DNA of 64,000 nt from the human T2T-CHM13v2.0 reference genome, Homo sapiens. The notes beneath the pieces were generated by a model. The model had not been told where the DNA came from and ran no database searches. It saw nothing but the letters and a program-made list of their open reading frames with translations. Made by a program: the position numbers and the translations under genes. The stretch is taken from NCBI GenBank assembly GCA_009914755.4, contig CP068257.2, forward strand, positions 26,528,001 to 26,592,000. Direction: 5' to 3'. Below are positions 25,300-36,239 of the stretch, one piece after another (position 1 is the first letter of the stretch; each line of letters opens with the position of its first letter).

Positions 25300-26530
25300 T
25301 TCCATAACTCTTCTTTAAAAATATGTATATTTAGGAAGCCACTAAAAAAACTATCAGAACTAAGAAATGAACTCAACAAGCTTGCAGAGTATAAAGCAAT
25401 AAACAAAATAAATTTTATTTCTATTGATGAATAAGTAACAAAATTAAGAAGATAATCCCATTAAGAATAACATAAAAATAATAAAATCTTTAGGAATGAA
25501 TTTCATTAAAAAAATTCAAAATGAATACAGAAAAATCAACTGTATTTCTACACACTAGAAATGGGCAATCTAAAATGAAATGACAAAAATGATTTTATTT
25601 TCCATACCATCAAAAAGAATAAAATACTTAGGAATAAATGTAAAAAAGAAGTGCAAAATAAATATTGTAAAAACTACTGAACACTGTTGATGAAAACTGA
25701 GAAACATCTAATTAGAAACACTCATGTTCATGGATCACAAGACAATATTGTGAAGAATGGCAATACATTTCAAATTGACCTACAGATTCAGCAAAATGTC
25801 GATCAAAGTAACTTATGGCTTTTTTGCAGAAATTGACAGGCTAATCCTAAAATTCACATGAAAATTTAAAGGTAGCCAAAACAATCTTGAAAAAGGAGAA
25901 CAAAGTTAAAGGAGTTTCACTTTTTCATTTCAAGACTTATTTCAAAGCTACAGTCATCAAGACAGTGCTGTAGTGGCATAAGAATAGACAAATACATTAA
26001 TATAATCTAATTAAGAGTCCAGATGTAAACCCTTACAATTTGCAGCCAATTTATTTCAAACAAGGATCCCAACACAATTCAATGGGGAGAATAACAGACA
26101 TTTCAGCAAAAGGTATCTACATGCAAAAGAATGAATTTGGTCAGCTTCCTTATATTTCAAGTGGATGAAATCTAAATATAAAAGCTATAAAATTCTTGAA
26201 AGGAAACATAGGCATACATCATGATTTGAGGTAAAAAAAAGAAAAAATGATAATTTGAACTTTATGAAAATTGAACTTTCGAGTTGCAAAAGAATATCAT
26301 CAAGAAAATGAACAGTGGTCCATTTTTCACTGCTCCATGTGCTCTGTTGCAGGAGATCAAGATAACTCCACCACAGCGTCTGTCACCCTGTGACCAACAG
26401 GTAGCCAAAACAATCTTGAAAAAGGAGAACAAAGTTGGAGGGCTTCTACTTTTTACTTTCAAATCTTACTGCAAATCTACAGTAATCAAGACAATGTGGT
26501 ACTGGAAGCAGGGAAATGATGGCCAACTAG
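25300..26530 (+). mobile_element. Old L1 (L1M-like) ORF2 fragment, sense, with a ~40-bp segment repeated 530 bp apart
   Basis: Frameshifted translation ..KFKGSQNNLEKGEQS..FQSYSHQDSAVVA..NPYNLQPIYFKQGSQHNSMGRITDISAKGIYMQKNEFG.. matches mammalian L1 ORF2 ..[77 protein letters not shown]..; gtagccaaaacaatcttgaaaaaggagaacaaagtt at 25869 and again at 26401. Confidence 0.65.
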
Positions 26531-27187
26531 AGACAAAAGATGCAAGCTTCCCTCAGAAAGATCAAAATTATAAGTGAATGGTCATTCCAGGAGTGGAAAG
26601 CTGAGGAAAGAGTGCTGAAACCTGTCAGACAACCCATGGGAAGAAGCTGGAGTGCAGAAAGGGAAGGCAGCAAGAATCTGGCAGAGATTGGACTCCAGGG
26701 AACCTGGAGTCCCATGCAAAGGATAGGGGTGGGTATTCTTTTCTCTCCTCTCCCCTGCAACAAACTGCTGACCACTGAATTGTCCAGGAGCCTCTCTGCC
26801 CTCTTGAGCCCAGGACTCAAGGACTACTGTCCTTGACAATTTGCGAGCTTCCTGGGGGCAGAGCACCAGGTGACCAGCTCCTGCAAGTGCACTAGCACTC
26901 CGTCATACCCAAATTGAGGCAGCAGACACTGTACTGGTTGTGCCTCCATCAAGGACAACTACCTGGGGAATCTCAGGGTTGCCTTATCCCCAGATGCCCC
27001 ACAAATGTTCTCCAGAATCTGCTCTGGCTTTGGCAGTCATGGGGGACCAGTGATTCCCTGGAGATCTAGCCCTTAGGATGGACAGCCCCTAGGGGAGGGG
27101 AGCGTGCCTCACCAAATCCCCCTTGGGATAAAGGAATCACAGCATAGTGCAGTTCTCCCAAGAGGGGAAGCATTGTTCTGTCCCAGC

Positions 27188-27547
27188 TGTACTAGTTTGT
27201 TCTCACACTGCTAATAAAGACATGCCTGAGACTGGGTGATTTATGAAGGAAACTGGTTTAATTTGACTCACAGTTCCACATGGCTGGGGATGCTCCACAA
27301 TCATGGCAGAAGGTGAATGAGGAACAAAGTCACGTCTTACATGGAGGTAGGCAGGAGAACATGTGCAGGGGAACTCCCCTTTATAAAACCATCAGATCTC
27401 ATAAGACTTATTCACTATCACAAGAACAGCATGGGAAAAACACACTTCCATGATTCAATTACCTCCAGCCAGGTCCCTCCCACAACACGTGGGGTTATTA
27501 CAATTCAAGGTGATATTTGGGTGGGGACACAGAGGCAAACCATATCA
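27188..27547 (-). mobile_element. Solo THE1/MST-type MaLR LTR with 5-bp TSD CCAGC, nested in the L1 5' region
   Basis: Reverse complement of TGATATGGTTTGCCTCTGTGTCCCCACCCAAATATCACCTTGAATTGTAATAACCCCACGTGTTGTGGGAGGGACC..GATCTGATGGTTTTATAAAGGGGAGTTCCCC..TGTGAG.CAAATTAAACC..GCAGTGTGAGAACAAACTAGTACA; flanks ..tgtcCCAGC | LTR | CCAGCagac.. Confidence 0.85.
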
Positions 27548-29473
27548 CCAGCAGACAAGCAGCACTAGTGGCTGGGAGCAGACATGGAGAGGGTACCACC
27601 TCTTACTCCCTCACACTGCTGCAGACACAGCTGAGGCCTTTCCTGCTGGGGGCTGGCACAAGTGCGCTTAGAGACAGCCTTTCCAGTGCTATTCATGGCT
27701 GCTGCACCCAGGTTGAAAGTGTGCTTGTGGTCCTGGGTGTCAGGAAGTGTAGGATAATCTCCTGCTCCCTACACCAAGTGGCAGCATTCCTGCCATCGAG
27801 GGCAGCTTCAGAGCTCCTTTTTTTTTGGATTGGGGGGAAGGTGTTCTGCCCTGAGTCCATGTCAGAGGTAGCCACAAGAGGGGCATTTCCCACAGACCTC
27901 AGATGCATTGAGGCCCAGAGAGAAAGGACAGGGTATATCTAAACTGAAGTTCATGAGCCCTATTCACTAACAGGGGCCTGATAGTGAACTAAATCATGTT
28001 TCTTCCTGCTCAGGACAAAGAGCTGAGACAGCCCCTTCTCTCTCACCCCAGACCTCAGTGCCTCCCACCAAGAACTTCCTCTGCTATCCTGTCGGGGTGG
28101 GTGCTTCCACTCATCATCAGTGTTCCCGATGGCAAGCTAACCCTTGCTCTTAAATCACCACCTACTGGACTGGAGACCAAACTGCAATACCAAATAAAAA
28201 CCTTGCTGACAGAAGGCCACAGTACCAGGGTACAAAAGAAGCTTCCTGAGACACCTGCATTCCCAGCCCCACAGAAGATAGTGAGTCAGCTCATCCACCC
28301 AGTACATAGCTACAACAAGTAGAATTTGAGGAAGCCATGAGGCAAAAGCTATCTATAACAAATGAACCCACACAGAGCCTTGGTCCCCTGAAAGCACCCA
28401 GAAACAAAGCCAAATGATCACATACAACATACATTACAGTCAGCCCCTCAAGGGAGAAACATTTTTTTTAAAGTCCCAATTAAATGATAGCAATTCCAAA
28501 AATAAGAAGTGACAGCTTCTTCAGATGAGAAGAAATCAGCACAAAAACTCTTGACAATACAAAAAGACAGAGTATTTCAACACCCCCAGGGAACTATGCT
28601 AGCTCTATGGCAATGGATTCTAACCAAAATGAAACTTCTAAAATGGCAGATAAAGAATTCAAAATGTGAATTGTAAGGAAGCTCAGTGAAATCCAAGAGA
28701 AAGTTGAAAACCAACAGAAATAAACCAAAAAGGCAATTTAGGATATGAAAGATGTGATAGATATAGGTTAAAAAAAAGAAAAAAAAAACAGAACCTCTAG
28801 AAATGAAAAATTCAGTGAAGAAATTTCAACTTACAATTGAAAACTTTAACAACAGATTAGAACAAGCAGAAGAAAGAAATGAAGAGCTTAAAGACCAGTC
28901 TTTTGAATTAACCCAGTCAGACAAAAGTAAAGAAAATTGAATTTAATTAAATGAACAAAGACTTTGAGAAATATGGGATTATGTAAAGTGACCAAACCTA
29001 TGATGTGTAGGCATTTCTAGGAGAGAAGGGCATTATATAATAATAAAACATTGAAAACAACAAGCAGATTCAACCATCTTAAATAGATAAGCACCCAACC
29101 CTGGAGCACATGGATTCATAATACAAATACTATTACATCTAAGAAAAGAGATAGATGGCAATACAATAATACTGGAGAATTTCAACATTTCACTGACAGC
29201 ACTAGATAGATCACAGAGACAGTAAATCAACAAAAACAAAAACAACAAAAACCTCTGGACTTACACTGTACTCTAGACCATATGGACCTAATATTCATTT
29301 GCAGAACACTCAACCCAACAAACACAGAATATACATTTTTCCCATCTGTGCATGGAACATTCTACAAAATTCATTGTATGCCTGGCCATAAAGCAAGTCT
29401 CAATAAATTCAAAAAAAATCAAAATCTTATCAAGTATCATCTCAGACCACAGTGCAATTAGAAATCAATACCA

Positions 29474-29611
29474 ATTAGCCAGACGTGGCAGTGCGCACCT
29501 GTAGTCCTAGCTACTTGGGAGGCTGAGGCTTGAACCTGGGAGGCAGAGGCTGCAGTGAGCCAACATCGCACCACTGCACTCCAGCCTAGGCGACAGGGTG
29601 AGACTCTGACT

Positions 29612-29652
<41 letters not shown>
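29474..29652 (+). mobile_element. 5'-truncated Alu (right arm only, internal deletion) with 39-bp poly-A and ~15-bp TSD, nested in L1 ORF2
   Basis: TTAGCCAGACGTGGCAGTGCGCACCTGTAGTCCTAGCTACTTGGGAGGCTGAGGC..GCAGTGAGCCAACATCGCACCACTGCACTCCAGCCTAGGCGACAGGGTGAGACTCTGACTCAAAA(A)n; TSD gaaatcaataccaa at 29461-29474 and 29660-29673. Confidence 0.85.
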
Positions 29653-29653
<1 letters not shown>

Positions 29654-30605
29654 AGAAAAAGAAATCAATACCAAGAGGAATTCTCAAAACTACACAAATA
29701 CATGAAAACTACAACACTTGCTCCTCATTGGCTTTTGAGTAAATAACTAAATTAAGACAGAAATTTTAAAAAAATTAAATGAAAACAGAGATACAACAGA
29801 CCAAAACCTTTGGGATACAGCCAAAACAGTACTAAGAAGAAAGTTTATAGTGTTAATTGCCTATTTTAAAAAGATAGAAAGATTTCAAATTGACAACATG
29901 ATATTGTACCTCAAGGAAACAGAACAACAAGAACAAACCAAATCCAAAGCTAACACAGAAAAGGAATAACAAAGATCAGAGAAGAAGTAAATAAGATTGA
30001 GACCAGAAAAATGATACAAAGAATCAAGAAAATGAAAACTTGGTTCTTCCATAGAATGAAAAAAATTGATAGACCACAAGCTAGATTAACCAAGATAAAA
30101 AGAAAGAAGATTCAAATAAGCACAATAAGAAATGATAAGGGTAATATTACAACTGATAAACTGATACCACAGAAATACAAAAGCTCATCAGAGACTACAA
30201 TGAACATCTCTCCATCTCTACATACACAAAACCAAAAACCGGGAGTAAATGGATAAATTTCTGGAAATATATCAACCATCAAGAATGAATCAGAAATAAA
30301 TAAATATCCTGAACAAACTAATAATGATTAATTAAATTCCAACAGTTATATAAAATCTCTCAACAGAAAAGCCTAGGACCAGATGGATTCATAGCTGAGT
30401 TTTACCAGATGTCAAAGAGGAGCTGGTACAAATATTTCTGAAAGTATTCCAAAAAATTGAGGAGAAAGGCTCCTCCTTAATGCATTCTATGAAACCAGTA
30501 TCACCAGATAACAAAATCACTCAAAAACACAACAGAAAAGATAACAATAAGCCAATATCCCTGATGAACATACATGCAAATATTCTCAACAAAATTCTAG
30601 CAAAC

Positions 30606-32900
30606 TGTATTCGTACATTTTCACGCTGCTGATAAAGACATACCTGAGACTGGGAAGAAAGAGAGGTTTAATTGGGCTTGCAGTTCCACATGGCTGGGGA
30701 TGCCTCAGAATCATGATACAACAGATCATGGTGGGAGGTGAAAGGCACTTCTTACATGGCGATGGTAAGAGAAAATGAGAAACATGGTAAGCAGAAACCC
30801 CTGATAAAACCATCAGATCTCGTGAGACTTATTCACTATCATGAGAACAGTATTGAGGAAACTGCTTCCATGATTCAGATTATCTCCCAAGGGATCCCTC
30901 CCACAACATGTGGGAATTATAGGAGTACAATTCAACATGAGATTTGGGTGGGGACACAAAGCCAAACCATATCGTTTTACCCCGACCCCTCCAAATCTCG
31001 TGTCCTCACATTTCAAAACCAATCCCTGCCTTTCCAACAGTCCCCCAAAGCCTTAACTCATTTCAGCATTAACCCAAAATTTCACAGTCCAATGTCTCAT
31101 CTGAGACAAGGCAAGTCTTTTCAGCCTATGAGCCTGTAAAATCAAAAGCAAGCTAATTACTTTCTAGATACAATGGTGGTACAGGTATTGGGTAAATACA
31201 GCCATTCCAAATGGGAGAAATTGGCCCAAACAAATGGGCTACAGGGCCCATGCCAGTCCAAAATCCAGCGAGGCAGTCAAATTTTAATGCTCCAGAATGA
31301 TCTCCTTTGACTCCAGGTCTCACATCCAGGTAATGCTGATGCAAGAGGTGGGCTCCCATGGTCTTGGGCAGCTCTGCCTCTGTGGCTTTGCAGGGTACAG
31401 CCTCCCTCCCAGCTGTTTTCATGGGCTGGAGTTGAGTGTCTGTGGCTTTTCCAGGTGCACCGTTCAGGTGGATCTATCATTCTGGGGTCTGGAGGCTGGT
31501 GGTCCTCTTTTCACAGTTCCACTAGGTGGTGCCCTAGTAGGAACTCTGTGTGGGGGCTGCAACTCCACATTTCTCTTCTGCACTGCCCTAGCAGAGGTTC
31601 TCTATGAGAGCCCCACTCCTGCAGCAAGCTTCTGCCTGGGCATCCAGGTACTTCCATACATCTTCCAAAATCTAGACAGAGGTTCTCAAACCCCAATTCT
31701 TGACTTCGTTGCACCTGCAGGCTCAACACCATGTGGAAGCTGCCAAGCCTTGGGGCTTCCACCTTCTGAAGCCACAGCCTGAGCTCTACATTGGCCCCTT
31801 TCAGCCATGCCTGGAGCAGCTGGGACACAGGGCACTAAGCCCCTAGAGTGCACACAGCACAGGGACCCTGGGCCCTGCCCACAAAACCATTTTTTCTTCC
31901 TAGACCTCTGGGTCTGTGATGGGAGAGGCTGCAACAAATGTCTCTGACATGCCCTGGAGCTATTTTCTCCATTGTGGCTTGGGGATTAACATCAGGCTCC
32001 TCATTACTTATGCAAATATCTGCAGCTGGCTTGAATTTCTCCTCGGAAAATGGAATTTTCTTTTCTATCACATTGTCAGGCTGCAAATTTTCTGAACTTT
32101 TATGTTCTGCTTCCCTTTTAAAATCGAATGCCTTTAATAGCACCCAAGTCACCTCTTGAATGCTTTGCTTCTTAGAAATTTCTTCCATCAGATACCCTAA
32201 ATCATCTCTCTCAAGTTCAAAGTTTCACAAATCTCTAGGGCAGGGGCAAAAATGACACCAGACTCTTTACTAAAAAATAACAAGAATCACCTTTGCTCCA
32301 ATTCCCAACAATTTTCTCATCTCCATCTGAGACCACCTCAGCCTGGACTTTATTGTTCATATCACTATCAGGCTTTTAGTCAAAGCCATTTAACAAGTCT
32401 CTAGGAAGTTTTACACTTTCCCACATCTTCCTGTCTTCTTTTGAGCCCTCCAAACTGTTCCAACCTCTGCCTCTTACCCAGTTCCAAAGTCACTTCCGCA
32501 TTTTCAGGTACATTTTCAGCAACACTCCACTCTACTGCTACCAATTTACTGTATTAGTCCGTTTTCATGCTGCTGATAATGACATGCCCAAGACTGAGAA
32601 GAAAAAGAGGTTTAATTGGACTTAGAATCCCACATGGGGAGTCCTTAGAATCATGGCGGGAGGTGAAAGGCACTTCTTACATGGCAGCAGCAGGAGAAAA
32701 TGAGAAGGATGCAAAAGCAGAAACCCCTGATAAAACCATCAGCTCTCGTGAGACTTATTCACTACCATGAGAATAACAGAAGGGAAACTGCTCCCATGAT
32801 TCAAATTATCTGTCACCAGGTCTCTCCCACAACACATGAGACTTATGGGAGTACAATTCAAGATGAGATTTGGTTGGGGGCTCAGAACTAAACTATGTCA
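30606..32900 (-). mobile_element. Complete THE1-family ERVL-MaLR element (3' LTR ~30606-30974, internal ~30975-32549, 5' LTR ~32550-32900), inserted into L1 ORF2 with 5-bp TSD CAAAC
   Basis: LTRs are reverse complement of the THE1 LTR; internal region is reverse complement of THE1-int (..CCATTCCAAATGGGAGAAATTGGCCCAAACAAATGGGCTACAGGGCCCATGCCAGTCCAAAATCC.. vs the + copy at 17600-17770); L1 ORF2 reading frame [20 protein letters not shown] is split exactly at the insertion; flanks ..agCAAAC | element | CAAACcaaat.. Confidence 0.85.
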
Positions 32901-35419
32901 CAAACCAAATCCAACATTACATGAAAAAGAAATACATCACAATCAAGTGGGTTTTTTTCCAGAGATGCAAGGATAGTTCAACATACACAAATCAATAAAT
33001 GTGATTCACCATATAAACAGAATTTAAAACAAAAACCACATAATCATCTCAATAGATGCAGAAAAAGCATTCAATAAAATCCAACTTCTCTTCAGATATA
33101 AACACTCATCACATACAAATCAGTAGAACTTACCTTGAAATAATAAGGGCCATGTATAACAAAAACCACAGCCAAGATCATTCTGAATATGGAAAAGTTG
33201 AAAACATTCCAAATAAATACCTGGGACAAAAGAAGCCGGTACATTCATACCACTCTTATTCAACATGATATTGGAAGTCCTAGCCAGCGTAATTATGGAA
33301 GAGAAAAAAATAAAAGGTATTCAAATTGGAAAAGAAGGAGTCAAGTTATCTCTGTTTGATGATGACCTTATCTTATAGCTAGAAAACCCCAAAGATTCCT
33401 TCAAAAGACTCCTAGAATTGATAAATGACTGGTAAAGTTTCAGGATACAAAATCAATCTACAAAATCAGTAGTATTTATATACACCAATAATGTTCAGGC
33501 TGAGAGCAAAATCCAGAATACAATCCCATTTACATGAGCCACAAAAAAAATTACCTAGAAATATATTTCACCAAGGAGATGAAAGAGTTCTACAAAGCAA
33601 ACGGCAAAACACTGATGAAAGTAACCATACTTGGAACAAACAAATGTGAAAACATCCCATGTTCTTGGGTTGGAAGAATCAATATCATTAAAATCATCTT
33701 ACTGCCCAAAGCAATATACAGATTCAATTTTATTCCTTTTAAATTACCAACGTCATTTTTTGCAGAATTAGAAAAAAAATCCTAAAAATCATATAGAACC
33801 AAAAAAAAGAGCCCAAATAGCTTAAACAATCCTGAGCAAAAATGGACTAAGCCAACAACATCACATTACCTGACTTCAAATTATACTACAAAGATATAGT
33901 AACCAAAACAGCAGGGTACTGAAACAAAAATAGACACATAGACAAATGGAACAGAATAGAAAATCCAGAAATAATGCCACATACCTACAACCAACTGATC
34001 TTCAACAGAGATGACAAAAATAAACAATGTAGGAAGAACACCCTATTCAATAAATGGTGTTAGAAAAATTGGTTAGCTATATGCAGAAGAATGAAACTAG
34101 ACCCCTATCTCTCACCATATACAAAAGTTAATTCAAGGTCGATTAAATACTTTAATGGAAGATCAGAAACTATAAAAATCCTAGAAAAAAATCAAGAAAA
34201 AACTTCTCCGGACATTGCCTTAGGCAAAGAATTTATAACTAAGCCTTCAAAAGCAAATGCAAGAAAAATAAACAAAAGAAATTTAATTAAACTAAAAGGA
34301 TTCTGCACAACAAAAGTACTAATTAACAGAGTAAATAAATGAGCACCCTACAGAATGCGAGAAAAAATTTGCGAATTATACCTCTGATGAATGACTAATA
34401 TCCAACAACTCAATACCAACTCAACAAGAAAAAAACAAATAACCCCATTAAAAAATGGACAAAGGAAATGAACAGACATTTCTCAAAAGAAGACATACAG
34501 GCAGTCAACAAACATATGAAAATATAATCAGCATTACTAATCATCAGATAAATGCAAATTAAAACCATAGTAAGATACCATCTTACAGCAGTAAGAATGG
34601 CTATTATTAAAAGTTAAAAAAAAACAGATATTGGCATGGATGCAGAGAAAAGGTAATGCTTATACACAGTTATGGGAATGTAAATTAGTAAAACCTCAAT
34701 GGAAAACAGTATGGAGACTTTTCAAAGAATTAAAAATAGAACTACTAGTCAACCCAGCAATCCTACTATTCGGTTCTACCCAAAGTGAAATAAATCATTA
34801 TATCAAAAAGACACCTATATTAGTATGTTTATTGCAGTGCTATACTCAATAGCAAAGTCTTGAAATCAACCTAAATGTCTCTCAATGGTTGGTTGGATAA
34901 AGAAAATGTCTCACACCATGGAATGTACACACACCATGGAATAATATACAGCCATTAAAAAGAATAAAATCATGTAATTTGTAGCAACATAGGTGGAACT
35001 GGAAGCCATTATCCTAAGTGAAATAACTGAAAAATATAAATTTAAATATTACATATTCTTAGAATTTGGATCTGAACAATGGGTACAAATGGACATAAAG
35101 ATGAAAAAAATATACATTGGGGACTCTAAAATGGGGCAAAATGGGAGACGGAATGAGGGTTAAAAAATTACCTATTGGCACAGTGTTCACTATTTTGGTG
35201 GTGGGTACTCTAGAAGCCCAAACTTCACCATTACACAATATATTCATATAACAAACCTGTACATGTATCCCCTAAAGCTAAATTTTTTTTAAAAAGAATT
35301 ATTTATTTAAAAAAAGAAAATGAAAAGAACAACTACAAACCAAATGGGATAAAATATTTTCAAATTATATATAATTCAAAATATGTAAATAATATATAAA
35401 CTGACTTCCCAATTTATTC

Positions 35420-35735
35420 TATGTATCAAATATTACACTGATATTAAAACCAGATGAAGACATTAGAAGAAAACTAGAGAAAATAACTTTAGCCAATATA
35501 GACGCAAAAATCCTCAAAAAAATCCTAGCAAACTGAATATAGCAATACATAAAAATATTTATACACCATGACCAAGTGGGGTGGCTATAATAAACAAGAG
35601 ACAATCAATCACAAGTGTTAGCAGGAATGTGGAGAAGCTGAAACAACCATATATTGCTTGTGAGAATATACAGTAATGCAGTCACTCTGGGAAACAGTTT
35701 GGCAGTTCCTCAAAATGCTAATCTTAGTTACCGTC
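35420..35735 (+). mobile_element. L1 ORF2 fragment with internal deletion
   Basis: ..[42 protein letters not shown].. joined to ..CGEAETTIYCL.EYTVMQSLWETVWQFLKML (C-terminal ORF2). Confidence 0.7.
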
Positions 35736-36239
35736 TGTTTCTTTGGTTGAGTAGTGTTTTTGTGTGTTTAAACATATTTATGTTTAAAAGACAAGTTACT
35801 TAATGACATTTGATTTTACACTAGGTTCAAACAGTATTTGTAATTCATTGTGGATAAAATTTGCTATTACTAGAATGTTTTGTGATTTTTTATGCAAAAA
35901 TGCATTTCAAGTTCACCACACAGCTTAAATTTACATCATTAACTTACAGAATACAACTTTTAATGCATTTTATATTGCCTGCATACTGCCAGTACAAATT
36001 TTCCAGAAAGTGTTTCTAAAATTATTAATGTAAGTTATCAGATAGTCTAACTTAATCATGTAGAGGCATCAAAATTCATGTTATTTACAAAGTAGTCTAA
36101 TTTCCTCCAAAATACAAATATTAAATCAGTATATTATATTCAATAAAACTATAACCTCATGTTAGATCTCAAACTTTTATGTGTTTATATAAATATAGAA
36201 ACATATATATCTATATATCCTTTAGTTCTAGCATTAAAT

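Larger units (their letters stand above)
26580..35290 (+). mobile_element. Old near-full-length L1 (L1PB/L1MA-like): probable 5' UTR (~26580-28330, start uncertain), ORF1 remnant (~28580-29000), ORF2 (~29000-35200), 3' UTR; hosts three nested insertions
   Basis: ORF1-like ..LKWQIKNSKCELKESSVKSKRKLKTNRN..; ORF2 EN ..TKTSGLTLYSRPYGPNIHLQNTQPNKHRIYIFPICAWNILQNSLYAWP.SKSQ.IQKKSKSYQVSSQTTVQLEINT; ORF2 ..[40 protein letters not shown]..; ORF2 continues after the THE1 insert (..HNQVGFFPEMQG.FNIHKSINVIHHINR..IISIDAEKAFNKIQ..) to ..YTMEYYTAIKKNKIM.. and 3' UTR ending ~35290; sequence continuous across each nested insert (TSDs). Confidence 0.65.

Noticed and set aside
27517-27942. 141-aa ORF 27517..27942 (+)
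   Set aside because: Starts inside the solo THE1 LTR and runs into the L1 5' region; crosses a TE junction with no coding signature.
31297-31782. 161-aa ORF (+) and overlapping minus-strand ORFs (31153..31422, 31277..31480, 31511..31828, 31686..31937, 31835..32188)
   Set aside because: They lie inside the THE1-int region of the minus-strand MaLR element; homologous relic frames also occur in the + copy (17176..17820). THE1-int has no assigned protein function and the frames are short and interrupted.
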